NCBI RefSeq assembly: GCF_902713615.1
Contig: NC_052173.1
Coordinates: 1,701,859-1,765,858, forward strand
Length of the DNA stretch: 64,000 nt
Source of the DNA: Scyliorhinus canicula
Lineage: Eukaryota
Reading direction: 5' to 3'
Part shown: piece by piece, positions 63,045 through 64,000 of the stretch
Numbering within the stretch: the stretch's first letter is position 1
Layout of the letters: each line of letters starts with the position of its first letter
Notes under the pieces: model-generated
Databases searched by the model: none
The model's input: the letters and a program-made list of their open reading frames with translations, nothing else
What the model was told of the DNA's origin: nothing
Program-made: the position numbers and the translations under genes

Positions 63045-64000
63045 TAAAAAAAATATTTTTATTCTCCTTTTTCACATTTTCTCTCAAATTTACACCCACC
63101 AACAATAAACAGTAATCAGCAACAAATATGTCAATCCCCATAACAATAACAACGATCCCATTCTCCCACCAACCCCCAAACATGAGCCCGCATGTTTACA
63201 TGAACAAATGACAAAAAGGAATTAGGGATCACCCACAGTCACCCTTAATACACACAGCCCCCCCCAAACTAATGTTCGATGTTATCCAGTTCTTGAAAGT
63301 GTATAATGGATCGTGCCCATGACTTGTAGAACCCCTCCGTCCTTCCCCTCAGTTCAAACTTAACCTTCTCAAGAGTCAAGAATTCCAACAGGTCCCCCCG
63401 CCATGTCAGGGCACAGGGTGGAGAGGCCGCTCTCCATCCCCAACAGGATCCGCCTTCGGACGATCAACGAGGCGAAGGCTACGATATCTTCCTCCGCCCC
63501 GGTTTCCAGCCCTGGCTGGTCCGACACCCCGAATATGGCCTCCCGGGGACCCGGGTCTAGTTTCACTTGCACCACCGTGGAAATTCCCCGAAAAACCTCC
63601 TTCCAGCCCCCAGCGCAACGCTCACACACATCTTCCACTCCTTCAAAGAAGCGGCTCATCCTCGCCCTCGTGAGGTGTGTATACCCCCTTCAGCTGTAAC
63701 AGCCCCAACCTCGCACACGAGGTGGAGGCATTTACTCTCCGGAGCACCTCACACCAGAACGCCTCCTCCATATTCACTCCCAACTCTTCCTCCCACTTCG
63801 CTTTGATCCCTTCCAGTGATGCCTTATCCTCTTCCAAAATAGCTCCGTACACCACTGACACTACCCCCGTCTCCAGTCCCCCTGTCGTCAGCACCTCCTC
63901 CAGCAATGTGGAGGCCGGCTCCTCCGGGAAGCTCTGTATCTCCTTTCTGGCAAAGTCTCGAACCTGCATGTATCTAAACATTTCCCCCTGCTCCAGCCCA
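63045..64000 (-). mobile_element. L1-clade LINE 3' end (ORF2 C-terminus and 3' UTR), continues beyond the window
   Basis: FRYMQVRDF, KWEEELG, CARLGLLQLK, MSRFFEGVEDVCERC; paralogous to 14224-15012; minus-strand AATAAA at about 63058-63063. Confidence 0.9.

Overview
Eukaryotic genomic DNA, almost certainly from a cartilaginous fish (shark): it is dense in HE1-type tRNA-derived SINEs, DeuSINE-like repeats, CR1, L1 and Penelope-like elements, and has two 500-N gaps. Three spliced protein-coding genes are recognisable from exon translations and GT-AG boundaries. NABP2 (SOSS-B1/SSB1, minus) has two internal exons at 6528-6666 and 1322-1393, and the first is not in the ORF track. RNF41 (NRDP1, minus) has a complete 5-exon, 318-aa CDS spanning 38450 to 24584. 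TIMELESS (plus) has its first two coding exons at 58913-58997 and 62319-62472. An intact tRNA-Ser(CGA) gene sits in the CpG-rich region just upstream of TIMELESS. The most notable observations are: (1) one SINE body occurring either with a CR1-derived tail or with an A-rich tail and 13-19 bp TSDs, suggesting a switch of LINE partner; (2) an L1 derivative with ORF1 and 3' UTR but essentially no ORF2; (3) an intact minimal hammerhead ribozyme motif in a Penelope-like tail; (4) an indel-free 49 x 41-bp minisatellite with all three plus frames open; (5) a likely ancient tRNA-Ser/RNF41/NABP2 linkage with RNF41 inverted relative to human; (6) an SSB2-like Trp at the ssDNA-stacking F78 position of NABP2. 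I cannot claim a wholly new biological system from sequence alone. Human comparisons are from memory and need verifying.
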